DNA of 64,000 nt. Origin: Cyanobacteria bacterium auto_48_18. Lineage in GTDB: Bacteria > Cyanobacteriota > Vampirovibrionia > Obscuribacterales > Obscuribacteraceae. The notes below the pieces were generated by a model. It was not told where the DNA came from. It saw only the letters and a list, made by a program, of their open reading frames with translations, and ran no database searches. A program made the translations under genes and the position numbers. Where the stretch lies: assembly GCA_036170915.1 (NCBI GenBank), contig JAVHQC010000011.1:64001-128000 (forward strand), in the 5' to 3' direction. This document shows positions 1 to 12,482 of the stretch, one piece after another. Every line of letters starts with the position of its first letter. Within the stretch, counting starts at the first letter, position 1.

Positions 1-1263
1 CACAGCGATGCTGACCAACTTAGAGCGAATTACGAGAAAGAGAAAATATCGCGCAAGGTTGCTGTTCTGGAAGAACGAGAAGCTTGGCTGCAGCAAGCTT
101 CCAGCGGCCCGGGACAAAAGCCGACCGACCAGGTTGAAGCTCTTACTGAATTGGCTTACCGAGCATTCGATACTCAGAAATGCGATGAGGGTCTAAAGTT
201 GCTTAAAAGCGCTGTGGATGCCTACGAGATGAACGCCGACAGTAGAGATAGTGAGCGCATGTACAACCGGTTTCTAAACATTAGTGCTCGATTGAAGAAA
301 TGTGGTCATGAGGGCGACAGTAAGGCACTTTTACTTCGAATTGTGCGCGCCAGGATAGTAGCTGGTTTTCCGGATCCTGACGGTAATCACATTACCGTTT
401 GCACAATGGGCCCTCGTCCGCTGGATGCGCTTACCGATTTGATGTATCAGAACAATTCAGATAAAAAAGCTGTGATAGATATTCTATTGGCCGATGCGAA
501 GGCTTCCTCCAAGCCGACAAGCGTCATCTATTTTATGCAGTTTTCAAATCCAATTTCTGTGGATGAGCGGGGTCTAGCAAACTTAGAAGAGATCGAAGAG
601 TGGAAAATCAAAGCAAACAATCCACCGCTTTTGTTTGCCCATATGCTGAGAATTTCAGATTGGATGATCCATTTGAATCAGTTTGACAAGGCCGCAGCAA
701 AGTGGAAACAAGCAGTAGCTCTCGCCGAGACAGCGAAAACGCAATCGCCAAAGATGCTGAACTATTCGGCAACCGTGAGACTGCAAAATGTTGGCGCAGC
801 CTTTGTTAAGAAGAATCAGATGTCTAAAGCGGCTGATGTCTATACTGTTGCTTACAAATTGGCCTTGAATGAGCCGAAAGAATATAGTGCTCAGACCATA
901 GCTAAATCGATTGACACTTTAGCATCGAAATATGTCGAGGCTGGTGACACCGCATCTGGTGAATCGCTATTGAACAGTGTGCTTGAAATCAGTAGGGCCG
1001 AGAGAGGCAGCGATAGCCTGCTTGAGCGCATGTGGCTTATCAAGCTTGCTGACTTTTTTGCCCAGCGAGGAGATAAAGCAAAAACTAAAAGTGCCTGTAG
1101 TGCTTTCTTTGACTCAATCAACAAGCCTGGCTTGACTGTTAGCGCCAGTACTATTGATGATATGAGAAAGCATCTGACAGTCTTGAAGAACTATGGCTTT
1201 TCCTCAGAGGCCTCATCGGTTGAGAAGAAATTGCACGAGCTAGACGCGCACCAGTGCAAATGA
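1..1263 (+). CDS. Helical-repeat (TPR-like) protein, 5'-truncated by window edge
   Basis: Frame 1 is open from base 1 (HSDADQLRANYEKE...) into the 151..1263 ORF; TPR-like amphipathic helices (e.g. LADFFAQRGDKAKT, VGAAFVKKNQMSKAADVY). Confidence 0.6.
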   Translation, partial: HSDADQLRANYEKEKISRKVAVLEEREAWLQQASSGPGQKPTDQVEALTELAYRAFDTQKCDEGLKLLKSAVDAYEMNADSRDSERMYNRFLNISARLKKCGHEGDSKALLLRIVRARIVAGFPDPDGNHITVCTMGPRPLDALTDLMYQNNSDKKAVIDILLADAKASSKPTSVIYFMQFSNPISVDERGLANLEEIEEWKIKANNPPLLFAHMLRISDWMIHLNQFDKAAAKWKQAVALAETAKTQSPKMLNYSATVRLQNVGAAFVKKNQMSKAADVYTVAYKLALNEPKEYSAQTIAKSIDTLASKYVEAGDTASGESLLNSVLEISRAERGSDSLLERMWLIKLADFFAQRGDKAKTKSACSAFFDSINKPGLTVSASTIDDMRKHLTVLKNYGFSSEASSVEKKLHELDAHQCK

Positions 1264-1287
1264 GTATCGGTCGCGTCCCGCTAGCTG

Positions 1288-3696
<2,409 letters not shown>

Positions 3697-3954
3697 TCAT
3701 CAACTAATCAATTGTAGAAGATTCTTTGTGGTCCTTCCACCACATTTTTCAATTTTGCGGCTCATTACTAGAATGTCAATGTATGGTTCTTTGCGTGCTT
3801 TGAAATTGCTCATGCGTTTGAGGGCACCACATGTAGTGCGGAGCCTGGCCGATCACCGATTCGGTAGAAAGTAAAGAACCTCACAGCAATCTAACGCTGA
3901 TATTTGTATTGTCTTTGTTGTGACCACTTACCACATCAAGCAAAAGGCAGTTTC

Positions 3955-4329
3955 ATGACAAAAGCAATCGAAGATGTAAGCGACAATGCTAAACCTCAAC
4001 AGACAGATAACAATTCTGACTTGTCTGTATCACTCTGGCAGTCAATGCGAAACGAAGGCACCGTAGGCACCACCAACAACAATCGACCAGGTAGCTTTGC
4101 CATTACCGATAACAACCGCGGAGCAAATGGTAGCGAGAAAGTATTGCCTGCCATTGATTTTTTTGACTCTCAATCAGCAGAGAATTCGCCCACTGGTCCT
4201 TATAAGTTCGAGAGCGTTTCCAGTTCCTATGTAGGGAAGAGCGACGCGCAAGAGCAGATGAGAATTGAAATGAAATTTGAAAGCGTAAACAGCTCGTATG
4301 TCGGTAGCAGCGAGGACCTTTATAAATAG
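3955..4329 (+). CDS. Hypothetical low-complexity protein with duplicated KFESV(S/N)SSYVG motif
   Basis: ORF 3904..4329, ATG at 3955 preferred; internal 11-aa duplication. Confidence 0.55.
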   Translation: MTKAIEDVSDNAKPQQTDNNSDLSVSLWQSMRNEGTVGTTNNNRPGSFAITDNNRGANGSEKVLPAIDFFDSQSAENSPTGPYKFESVSSSYVGKSDAQEQMRIEMKFESVNSSYVGSSEDLYK

Positions 4330-4391
4330 CTAGTTAAATTCGTTACCGAAGAAAGGCCAAGTTTTTCTCTTTACTCTAGCGATCCTCACCC

Positions 4392-4419
4392 TTGACATAA
4401 GTGGCACGGTTGCTAGAAT
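4392..4419 (+). promoter_or_regulatory. Sigma70-type promoter of the hypothetical-rtcB-prfH operon
   Basis: TTGACA (4392-4397), 16 nt, TAGAAT (4414-4419) with extended -10 TG. Confidence 0.7.
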
Positions 4420-4451
4420 GTTTTTAGGTTCCCCCCATCTTTAGAGGTAAA

Positions 4452-4710
4452 GGTCATGTTTTCCCGAAGTACGTCGCACAGCAGCATATCGCTCTAAGGG
4501 CTCACAGCCCCTGCTTTGTACTTGGGACAAATGATCTGACGGAACTACAGCTTCTGTAATTTATCGTTGTATCCACTGCTCTGGCATCGCGCCTTGCTGC
4601 GGTAGTCAATTACGCATCCACGCGCCCGTTTAAAAAGCCTGCATCTGAGCGGCTTTGTATAACGCGCATCGTTTTTCACTTCGCTTGCAGCGGAGAGCTT
4701 TGCTGCGAGC
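4452..4710 (+). promoter_or_regulatory. Structured 5' leader (attenuator-like)
   Basis: Pairings GGTCAT..TCCCGAAGTAC / GTACTTGGGA..ATGATC, AGCAG/CTGCT, GGGCT-CAC-AGCCC, AAAGCC/GGCTTT; strong hairpin 4683-4710 directly before the GGAG SD of 4725. Confidence 0.5.
4456..4497 (+). CDS. Putative leader peptide MFSRSTSHSSISL
   Basis: GAGG/AAGG SD-like sequence upstream, ATG 4456, TAA 4495-4497; lies inside long hairpin 4452-4536 just downstream of the promoter. Confidence 0.5.
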   Translation: MFSRSTSHSSISL

Positions 4711-4724
4711 ATTCGGAGAATTAT

Positions 4725-5540
4725 ATGTTTGCCAATTTGGAAAAGTCATTTAGAAAAATCGGCGCTAAAGTCGCCATAAAAATAGCCAATGGAGACATTG
4801 TACGCGGCCGCCGACAAGTTCAAAAAGCACCGGTGCGCCTCAATATCGTCACTACAAAGGGAGAAGAAATTTTCGAGATTTCAGTTCGCCGAGATGCACT
4901 AGCAGACTTAGAGCTTTCAGTTTTAGAAGTTCTTGCTCACGACAAACACTTATTGTTGCTTTCTAGACAACTGGATAGCAATGGAACCGCACGGAGAAAA
5001 GACCATTTTCTTTGCGGTCGAGATGAGCGCCATCTGTTTGTCGCAGCTGTTGAGGGGGTGTCCACTGTGGCTGCTGCAAAAGCCTCTCTCAAACCAGATG
5101 AGATTTTGCATCAAGAAGTGGGAGTCAATGCAGTCAAACGAAACCGTCGCAAAACAAAGGCATTCCGACGCCAGGGAGAATGGTTTTTCATTCCAGTATC
5201 GCTGGTAGTGCCAACTGCTGTCATGCGCTCACATGAACCTCTTGTACGGGGAACCGGTGGTAAAGCTCATGTGGCCAGGTATGCATATCGCACTGGCGGT
5301 GAGAGTGTGATGGTGTGCAATCGATATCCTCAAGGGCTTACTGAGCCGGAACACGCAGCTTTGTTGGCAAGCGACGCGTTGGCCAGGTCATTTAATTGGC
5401 GGCTGATGTCTCGAAATGCAACCGTTTACGTTAAGGGCCCGGTGCGCCATCCTGACCACGCCACTATCGTTCTCAACCAGTGGCACCGGGTTCTCATGAA
5501 CACCGAAGTGCGAACAGGCACCATTGCTTTTCTCGACTGA
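4725..5540 (+). CDS. Uncharacterised basic protein (RQGEWFFIP and HPDH motifs), first gene of the rtcB-prfH operon
   Basis: 271 aa ORF, GGAG SD, 26 nt from rtcB; motifs CGRDERHLF, RQGEWFFIP, KAHVA, VRHPDHATI. Confidence 0.8.
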   Translation: MFANLEKSFRKIGAKVAIKIANGDIVRGRRQVQKAPVRLNIVTTKGEEIFEISVRRDALADLELSVLEVLAHDKHLLLLSRQLDSNGTARRKDHFLCGRDERHLFVAAVEGVSTVAAAKASLKPDEILHQEVGVNAVKRNRRKTKAFRRQGEWFFIPVSLVVPTAVMRSHEPLVRGTGGKAHVARYAYRTGGESVMVCNRYPQGLTEPEHAALLASDALARSFNWRLMSRNATVYVKGPVRHPDHATIVLNQWHRVLMNTEVRTGTIAFLD

Positions 5541-5566
5541 TCAAAAATAACTAAGAAAGGACAAAT

Positions 5567-6673
5567 ATGACCACTAGAATAATTGCATCGTCAAAAAATT
5601 GGATAGAAGGCGATGCTATCGAACAACTAAATCAAACATCCCGATTGCCTGGTATGCGCCAAGCAATTGGAATGCCTGATCTTCATCCCGGCAAAGGCAC
5701 TCCAATTGGTGCCGTTTTTGCCTGCCAAGGTTTTGTCTATCCACATCTTGTCGGTAATGATATCGGCTGCGGAATGGCCTTCTGGCAAACGAACTTAAAC
5801 ACCGCGCAAATTAAATTGGATAAGTGGATTAAGAAACTAAACGACTTTGAATCTGTCAAAGTCGATAATCATGGTGAACTGATTGATGGCACTGCGTTGG
5901 CAACCAATAATTTCGACAACGCATTGGGCACTATAGGTGGAGGCAATCACTTTGCTGAACTTCAGCGAGTTCACACTATTGTTGAACCAGCAGTGTTTTC
6001 TTCTCTGGAGATTGATAAATATAGCCTTTATGTTCTCGTGCATAGCGGATCACGTGGCCTTGGTGAGCACATTTTGCAAACTCACCAAATGCTTTATGGA
6101 AATGGGGGCCTTGAGGAAAGTTCGCATGAGGCACGTGAATATCTTTCTGCGCATGACGCTGCCGTCAGTTGGGCTAGCTTAAACCGTCGAATTATCGCCG
6201 CCAAGTTTATGCAGTGTCTTAACACGAGCGGAAAGGAAATCTTGGATGTTTGCCACAATGGTGTCCATTTCAACCCTGAAGAACGCTGGTGGCTTCATCG
6301 CAAGGGCGCGGCACCGTCAGATCAGGGGCTCGTGGTTATACCCGGTTCACGCGGCACCCTCAGTTATCTTGTGCGCGCGTGCGGAGATCAGACTTCAAAT
6401 CTTGCAACGGTGGCACATGGTGCTGGCCGCAAGTGGAAGCGCTCAGATTGTCGCGGCAAATTGGAAAAGCGCTATAGCAAAGAAAGTCTCAAGCGCACCG
6501 AATTTGGTGGCCGAGTGATTTGCGAAGACAAAGCTTTGCTTTACGAAGAAGCACCACAAGCCTATAAAGATATCGATGTGGTTGTGGATGATCTGGTTAA
6601 TGCCGGCCTAATTACGGTAATTGCAACGTTTGCGCCCGTCATTACGTACAAGACAGGAGGCTCAAAACGATGA
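5567..6673 (+). CDS. rtcB: RtcB-family RNA ligase, release factor H-coupled type (RtcB2)
   Basis: MPDLHPGKG, VGNDIGCG, GGGNHFAE, VHSGSRGLG, HN, HRKGA, HGAGR, EEAPQAYK; overlaps prfH (ATGA). Confidence 0.95.
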   Translation: MTTRIIASSKNWIEGDAIEQLNQTSRLPGMRQAIGMPDLHPGKGTPIGAVFACQGFVYPHLVGNDIGCGMAFWQTNLNTAQIKLDKWIKKLNDFESVKVDNHGELIDGTALATNNFDNALGTIGGGNHFAELQRVHTIVEPAVFSSLEIDKYSLYVLVHSGSRGLGEHILQTHQMLYGNGGLEESSHEAREYLSAHDAAVSWASLNRRIIAAKFMQCLNTSGKEILDVCHNGVHFNPEERWWLHRKGAAPSDQGLVVIPGSRGTLSYLVRACGDQTSNLATVAHGAGRKWKRSDCRGKLEKRYSKESLKRTEFGGRVICEDKALLYEEAPQAYKDIDVVVDDLVNAGLITVIATFAPVITYKTGGSKR

Positions 6674-7296
6674 CGGTTTGGTTGCAGATTACTGCGGGCC
6701 TTGGGCCTGATGAATGTTGTTTAGTTGTGGCGAGAGTGGCAACTTTGATTTCGGAGGAATCGAAACTCAATCAAACCGAATTGCACTTAATCGAAGCCGT
6801 AGATGGAAAAAGAACTGGAACCTTCCAATCGTTGTTATTTTCCATCGACTCTGAAACTGTCCCTGGTTGGTTGCAAGCCTGGATTGGTTCGGTGAAATGG
6901 GTGAGCAATAGTCCATATCGCCCCAACCACTCTCGCAAGAATTGGTTTGTTGGTGTGCAGGCTTTGCAACCGCCCTCGGGAATTAATTTTAAGTTGTGCG
7001 ATGTGCGCATAGACACGTGCCGAGCTTCAGGACCAGGTGGGCAACATGTAAACAAAACTGAGTCGGCAGTTCGGGCTACGCACTTACCAACAGGCCTGGT
7101 GGCAATCAGCCAAGACGCTCGTTCTCAAAAACACAATCGCGATCTGGCACTGGAGCGACTTAAGCGAAAGTTGCAGGTCGTAGATGAGGGCAAGCGAGCA
7201 AACTCCAAGCTACAACTTCATAACCAGCATTCACAGCTTGAAAGAGGTAATGCAGCCAAGACTTTTATGGGGGATGAATTTAGCCTGAGGCTCTAG
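6670..7296 (+). CDS. prfH: Peptide chain release factor H
   Basis: LQITAGLGPDEC, WxGSVKW..SPYRP..RKNWF, ASGPGGQHVNKTESAVR (GGQ), LERGN; coupled to rtcB. Confidence 0.95.
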   Translation: MTVWLQITAGLGPDECCLVVARVATLISEESKLNQTELHLIEAVDGKRTGTFQSLLFSIDSETVPGWLQAWIGSVKWVSNSPYRPNHSRKNWFVGVQALQPPSGINFKLCDVRIDTCRASGPGGQHVNKTESAVRATHLPTGLVAISQDARSQKHNRDLALERLKRKLQVVDEGKRANSKLQLHNQHSQLERGNAAKTFMGDEFSLRL

Positions 7297-7345
7297 CGGC
7301 TTTTCTACTAGCCATTCCAACCCACATTTGCTATCCTCTGCTGTC

Positions 7346-8155
7346 ATGTATACATTAGGTCATGCTGTAATTTTAATTATCGTTGTCGTCACCCTGGCCC
7401 TGATAGGCCAATGGGTCGTCAACCGCAGCGTCAAGCAAGATGTGCTTGAACAACACCACAGTGCTGGCGAAGCAATGATGGGTGTAGTGGGCACACTTTT
7501 TGCTGTCTTGCTTGGTTTCATGATTGCATCAGCTATGGATCGCTACAACGACGCCCGTATGCACGATGAGCAAGAGGCTAGTAACACTGCCAGTATTTTC
7601 CGCGTAGCCCGTGGCCTGTCTGATATTGACAGACCAAGAATCAGACAGCTTTGTCGTGACTATGTAAATGACGTCATTGATAGCGAGTGGCCAAAGATGG
7701 AACGCCGCGAAAAAATCAACCACGGATGGGAAACTTATCAGAAGTTATGGGAAGCTACCGTTGCAACCGTTCCAGAAAACGATAGGCAGAGTAATTTGCA
7801 GCAAGGCCTGATTGCTTCGATGCAAAATTTGGGCGAGCATCGCCGCGCTCGCATTATGTTGGCCCAGACTTCGATGCCGCCGGCTCTCTGGATTATTGTC
7901 GGTCTTGGCGCGGTGATTACAATTGTGTTGAGCTACATCTTTGCGTCGCAATTCCCAAAAATTCAAGCTGCAATGACTACTTTAGTAGCAACGGCACTTT
8001 CCCTCAATATCTGGCTGCTTTCGGCTTACAGCAACCCTTATAGCGGTGAGCTGAAAATTAAGCCGACAATGTTTTTACTTTTAAGAGAAAGTGTGATGCC
8101 TGTGCCTGATACGCCATCGCGCTATTTGCATGACACCAAGGAAGTAAGTAAATAG
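7346..8155 (+). CDS. DUF4239-like membrane protein
   Basis: Four TM segments; VGTLFAVLLGF, EW..M, R..R, LW..., NPYSG pattern. Confidence 0.75.
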   Translation: MYTLGHAVILIIVVVTLALIGQWVVNRSVKQDVLEQHHSAGEAMMGVVGTLFAVLLGFMIASAMDRYNDARMHDEQEASNTASIFRVARGLSDIDRPRIRQLCRDYVNDVIDSEWPKMERREKINHGWETYQKLWEATVATVPENDRQSNLQQGLIASMQNLGEHRRARIMLAQTSMPPALWIIVGLGAVITIVLSYIFASQFPKIQAAMTTLVATALSLNIWLLSAYSNPYSGELKIKPTMFLLLRESVMPVPDTPSRYLHDTKEVSK

Positions 8156-8169
8156 CCGCAGGACCGTAA

Positions 8170-9441
8170 ATGGCTAGCTCAATTGAGACAAAGCAGAAAG
8201 TAATCAAATGCATTGAAGAACTGGGCAATGTTGTCACTGTTCCTTCAGTTGTACAGCATACCGGGTTGTCGCTCAGTGAAGCAAATTTACTCGTCAATCA
8301 GATTGGTGGCGATGTCGGAGCGCATCTCGCGGTAAGCGCTGATGGCCAAGTTACTTACAAATTTGAATCTGGCTTTGCCAATTACTATGCCTTGAAGGGA
8401 ATGACCAAAGTTCTCTATGCCATAGCATTCACAACTTTTGAGGCTGCGTTTTTTCTTGTGCGCATGTCTTTTGGTTTTATGCTGATCTTCAGCTTTCTTG
8501 TCATAGTGATCTTACTGATTGTCGGCATTGTGGCTCTGCTTGCGGCTCTGCGGGCTGACGACGCGCCAGATATCAGTGGTGGAAGCGCATTTGATATTGG
8601 TAGTATGGACCTTTCGTCCATTGGTGACGCCTTTTCATGGAGTTATACTCCAACGCACCAGGCTAGATTGAGGAAAAAGGAGCACAAAGGGCACTTCTTT
8701 CTTGAATGTTTTTCCTTTCTTTTCGGCGATGGCGACCCCAACTATAATTTCGACGAAGAAAAATGGAAGACCATCGCTCAAGTGCTCGCCACCAAGGGTG
8801 GAGTCGTATCAGCTCTTGAACTTGCACCATATACCGGTTTTACAGAAGAAAATGAGAAGGAACTATTTGCTGTGCTCGCCAGGTTTGATGGCAAACCAGA
8901 GGTGACGGAGAGCGGCAACATCGTTTATACATTTGAGCAATTCAAACCACAGGCGTTCAAGCCGAATATTGATCTTAATTCACCCCCGCCGCAGTCGATG
9001 CTTGAAAGATATTGGAATTTTAGTGTCTATCCAGACTTCTCCTTAATCAGAGTTTTTCTCTTCGCTGCCTTCAACTTATGGGGCAGCTGGTGGCTATGGA
9101 GGCACATTGCCACCATCAATGTTTTGCATCACTTCGTTCTAATTATTGATATTCTTCTCGCTTACTCCGCGTTCTTTTTGATCATTCCGCTTTTGCGTAT
9201 TGCTTTCATTATCTTTGCTAATTCTGCCATAGATGCCAGAAATGATAAGAAAGACGCCAGTGTTGAAGCACTTGAGGAGGAGTCTGCCAAACAAATCTTG
9301 CTAGAGGCTCAGGCAATGAGGCAGCTGGCAATTGAGAGTGAAAAATCGAAAAGTGATCATGGGCAAAAGATTGTTTACACCACAGAAAAGCCTGTTGATG
9401 AACAAGATGATGATAAATGGCCTGCCGTGCCAGAGCAGTGA
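8170..9441 (+). CDS. Membrane protein of the cyanobacterial/plastid At5g03900-like family
   Basis: GAHLAVSADGQVTYKF, FLECFSFLFGDGDPN, GGVV..ELAPY, FDGKPEVTESGNIVYTF. Confidence 0.75.
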   Translation: MASSIETKQKVIKCIEELGNVVTVPSVVQHTGLSLSEANLLVNQIGGDVGAHLAVSADGQVTYKFESGFANYYALKGMTKVLYAIAFTTFEAAFFLVRMSFGFMLIFSFLVIVILLIVGIVALLAALRADDAPDISGGSAFDIGSMDLSSIGDAFSWSYTPTHQARLRKKEHKGHFFLECFSFLFGDGDPNYNFDEEKWKTIAQVLATKGGVVSALELAPYTGFTEENEKELFAVLARFDGKPEVTESGNIVYTFEQFKPQAFKPNIDLNSPPPQSMLERYWNFSVYPDFSLIRVFLFAAFNLWGSWWLWRHIATINVLHHFVLIIDILLAYSAFFLIIPLLRIAFIIFANSAIDARNDKKDASVEALEEESAKQILLEAQAMRQLAIESEKSKSDHGQKIVYTTEKPVDEQDDDKWPAVPEQ

Positions 9442-9475
9442 ACGACTAATTTCTTAGCCATCCACCGCTCTAACT

Positions 9476-10903
9476 TCACACCTGGTGCAATTTCCATTTA
9501 CCGACTTTGAATTGCCAGAGCATCAGTAGGCCCAGCATTACAGTTGGAATAGCAATCGCATACCAGCATCCGATTGGTCCCATTTTGAATGTAATCGTCA
9601 GTAGCCATGCCAGCGGTAAACGAATTACAGCCAAACAAATTACCGATGCCCACATCGGCCAGGTGGTGTAACCTGCTCCGTTCATGGCTCCCATCAAGAT
9701 CAACCAGATGGCCACAAATGGTTGCGCAATGCCAACAACTTGCAAATATTGCACGGTGTATTCGAGCACCAGCGGATCATTAGTCATTGCTGACGCCAGT
9801 GGTCGCGCTCCAAAAAAGAGAACGATTGCGATTAACGCGTTCACCCCTGCACCGAGCGAAGCAACCTTCCAGCCGGCTTCAGCCGCCCGTTCTGGTTGTT
9901 TAGCTCCCAGGTTTTGTCCGACAATTGTTGCTACTGCCATGCTTAAAGCATAGATAGGAAAACCACCGAGCATTTCTTCTAATCTCCACCCGATTCCCCA
10001 GGCTGCTTCCGTAGCAGTTGGATGAGCGGTGTGGGCAAAAATTACAAGCAATACTCCATTGCCGCCGACCCATGCCAAATCTTGTACACAGGCTGGAATG
10101 CCGATTTTCATCAGTCGCTTGAACCATTCAATAGATGCTTCTGCAAACATCTTTTTCAAATTTAAGCAGTCGCCCAAATCTGAACGCTTGAGCAATACAA
10201 GCGATAAAGTTAAACCGGAGATACTGGCAATGCCCCAGGACATGCCGATTCCAGCGCAACCTAAATGGAGTGGCCCAAGGCAGAGAAGGTAGTCGAGAGC
10301 GATAACCTGCGCTGTGATTATTGCCATAACCAACATCGGTACGCGGGTGTTGCCACGGGCGCGAAAAATTGAATTGCTTACCCAGAGCACCGTAAATGGT
10401 ATCTGAGCCAACAGATCAAATTTTAAATATTCCCAACCGAGTTTTTCAACTTCAGGAGACGCCCCAAGCAGGTGCAAAAGTGGGCGGCAGATTATCAGGC
10501 CAGTAGTGGCCGAGAAGATGCCGAATATAGCCGAAAACAGTAGTGCCTGCCTGGCAGCCACGATTGTTTTTGCCTTATCGCCTTCGCCCCAGAAACGGCT
10601 GACGAGCGCATTTGTACCTGATGACAGTGCCACTGCCAGAAGTATCATAAAGATTGAGATCTGCCCGCTCACGCCGATAGCAGCTTGAGCTTGCGAACCA
10701 AGTTTACCGGCAACCCAAATGTCAGCGAAGCTGGCAAATGCAATGGTTACCATGTTCAAGAATAGTGGCCATGACAGAGTCCAGATTGCGAGCCAGAGTG
10801 ACCCTTGTGTGATCGCTTCATGGTTTGCGTTCTTTTCTGGTGTCTGGTCTTCTAAATTACCAACATCTACATCGATGTCGATTTCACTTATATGTGCGTT
10901 CAT
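9476..10903 (-). CDS. MATE family efflux transporter
   Basis: About 12 TM; FRARGNTRVPM, IVGQNLGAKQPERA; start refined to ATG 10903 with GAGG SD. Confidence 0.92.
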   Translation of the reverse strand: MNAHISEIDIDVDVGNLEDQTPEKNANHEAITQGSLWLAIWTLSWPLFLNMVTIAFASFADIWVAGKLGSQAQAAIGVSGQISIFMILLAVALSSGTNALVSRFWGEGDKAKTIVAARQALLFSAIFGIFSATTGLIICRPLLHLLGASPEVEKLGWEYLKFDLLAQIPFTVLWVSNSIFRARGNTRVPMLVMAIITAQVIALDYLLCLGPLHLGCAGIGMSWGIASISGLTLSLVLLKRSDLGDCLNLKKMFAEASIEWFKRLMKIGIPACVQDLAWVGGNGVLLVIFAHTAHPTATEAAWGIGWRLEEMLGGFPIYALSMAVATIVGQNLGAKQPERAAEAGWKVASLGAGVNALIAIVLFFGARPLASAMTNDPLVLEYTVQYLQVVGIAQPFVAIWLILMGAMNGAGYTTWPMWASVICLAVIRLPLAWLLTITFKMGPIGCWYAIAIPTVMLGLLMLWQFKVGKWKLHQV

Positions 10904-11133
10904 TTGTTCCTCGTTTGCGGCCGAGGCCGCCTTTGCTGAATCGATAGAAACGGAAATTGGCCCCATCTTTGCGAAAAATGGGCACAAAAAAACCAACAGC
11001 ACGCGCCAAGCCCGGAGGGCAAGTTGTCGCAGACCATTGGTAGTCAGTTAATATCTCATACCTCTACCTTACCTTCTTTTTTGCAAAAGGCAATAGTTTG
11101 TTAAGTGGAGGAATTGAATTATTTATCGCTGCG

Positions 11134-11721
11134 CTAAGGTCTTCGAGTTGGACCAAAGCAAGCTGGAATCATTCTACAAATAGGGAAAAGTTTTTTTGTT
11201 TGCGGGTCTACCTGAGCAAGTGATGGCGAGTACCCGTCCGTACAGAAACGGTAAAGCGCTGGGAACTCTGTTCTATACATAGCTTTTCTGTTTAAATCAA
11301 GTTTCAAAATTGCTAGCAACAATTTGTTATTGAGTTGTGCTGAACCAGTTTGTTTGATCCATTTTAAATGCCCGATTTTAAAGGTCTTATCGATTTGAAA
11401 TTCTATGCAAGCTATTGACTCGGGATGAGGCCATGCCTCTAGAATCTTTGTAAGTAATTCCGAAATGGCAGAATCGAAAGGCCCATTGTCTATAACTGCG
11501 AGCTGTTCTTCTAAATTAGCCCGCAGTTTCTGCAGGTCGACCAGGCGCTGTTGCTCATCTGATTTTTCTTCAATGAGTGACAATCGATCAAGATAGTTCT
11601 TTTCGCCCACACCTTTGCTGTTTCCGTATTTCAATCGTTCTACAAACACTGAACGATTCGATTCATAGTTTTCCTGACCATATGCGCCCAGCGGCATAAC
11701 GAGCAACAAAATCGGCGTCAC
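11134..11721 (-). CDS. Hypothetical exported protein (C-terminal part weakly TonB-C-like)
   Basis: Signal-like N-terminus; W...IEFQIDK..KIG..KWIKQTGS..LN pattern. Confidence 0.45.
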   Translation of the reverse strand: MTPILLLVMPLGAYGQENYESNRSVFVERLKYGNSKGVGEKNYLDRLSLIEEKSDEQQRLVDLQKLRANLEEQLAVIDNGPFDSAISELLTKILEAWPHPESIACIEFQIDKTFKIGHLKWIKQTGSAQLNNKLLLAILKLDLNRKAMYRTEFPALYRFCTDGYSPSLAQVDPQTKKLFPICRMIPACFGPTRRP

Positions 11722-11813
11722 CGTAAGCTGATAGAAAAGTTTTTGCCGATGATACTTTTGCGAGTTCGTACAATCACCCTTGCTTGTAATCCTATATTTG
11801 ATACGTTACTCCT

Positions 11814-12392
11814 ATGAGTATCTGTTTCATCAATAATTTAACCAATTCAAGGTTAAGCCTTCTATTTGCAGGGCTTCTAGTCTCTACCATGATTTTGATG
11901 AATCAAGTTTGTTTCCATAAATTACTGATTCCACGAGAAATCCGGTGTGCTCTATTTAAACAAGCTCAGTTGGCGTATTGCAAACATGATTATCTTCAGT
12001 CTGAAAGTCTCTGGCGCCTGTTGATATGGCTGGACAAACAGCATATTAGTTGTGAGGTTGAAGTTTGGTGTACTGAGATCTGGTTGGCAGACTCCTTGAT
12101 GGAGCATGGTGCATTTGCTGAAGCTGAGCCACTTTTGATTGAGGCTGTTGGAATAAGTCGTCGGATTGGTGCACACCCGTCCACAGAGATGTCATTGTCT
12201 ACGTGGAGGCTGGCTAGTCTATATCTGGCACAGCGTCGGTGGAAAGAGGCCGAGGCTATGTATTCGCAATGCCTGGAGATTCGGAGAAATGCGTTTGGGA
12301 TTGGACACCCGAAGGTCACCAGTGCTGTAGAGCGATTGGCCCTTGTTCGCAAAGTTCAAGCAGGCCGTGCGACGGCTGTACTACGTCCGTGA
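11814..12392 (+). CDS. Membrane-anchored TPR protein
   Basis: LASLYLAQRRWKEAEAMYSQCLEIRRNAFGIGHP kinesin-light-chain-type TPR. Confidence 0.75.
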   Translation: MSICFINNLTNSRLSLLFAGLLVSTMILMNQVCFHKLLIPREIRCALFKQAQLAYCKHDYLQSESLWRLLIWLDKQHISCEVEVWCTEIWLADSLMEHGAFAEAEPLLIEAVGISRRIGAHPSTEMSLSTWRLASLYLAQRRWKEAEAMYSQCLEIRRNAFGIGHPKVTSAVERLALVRKVQAGRATAVLRP

Positions 12393-12482
12393 ATGCGCAC
12401 TGAAGCCTTTAGAAATGCTAAATTAGCAGCCTAAAGCCTCGTTGAGAATTCTCAAATTAAGCATTTACCAATCGACGATATT

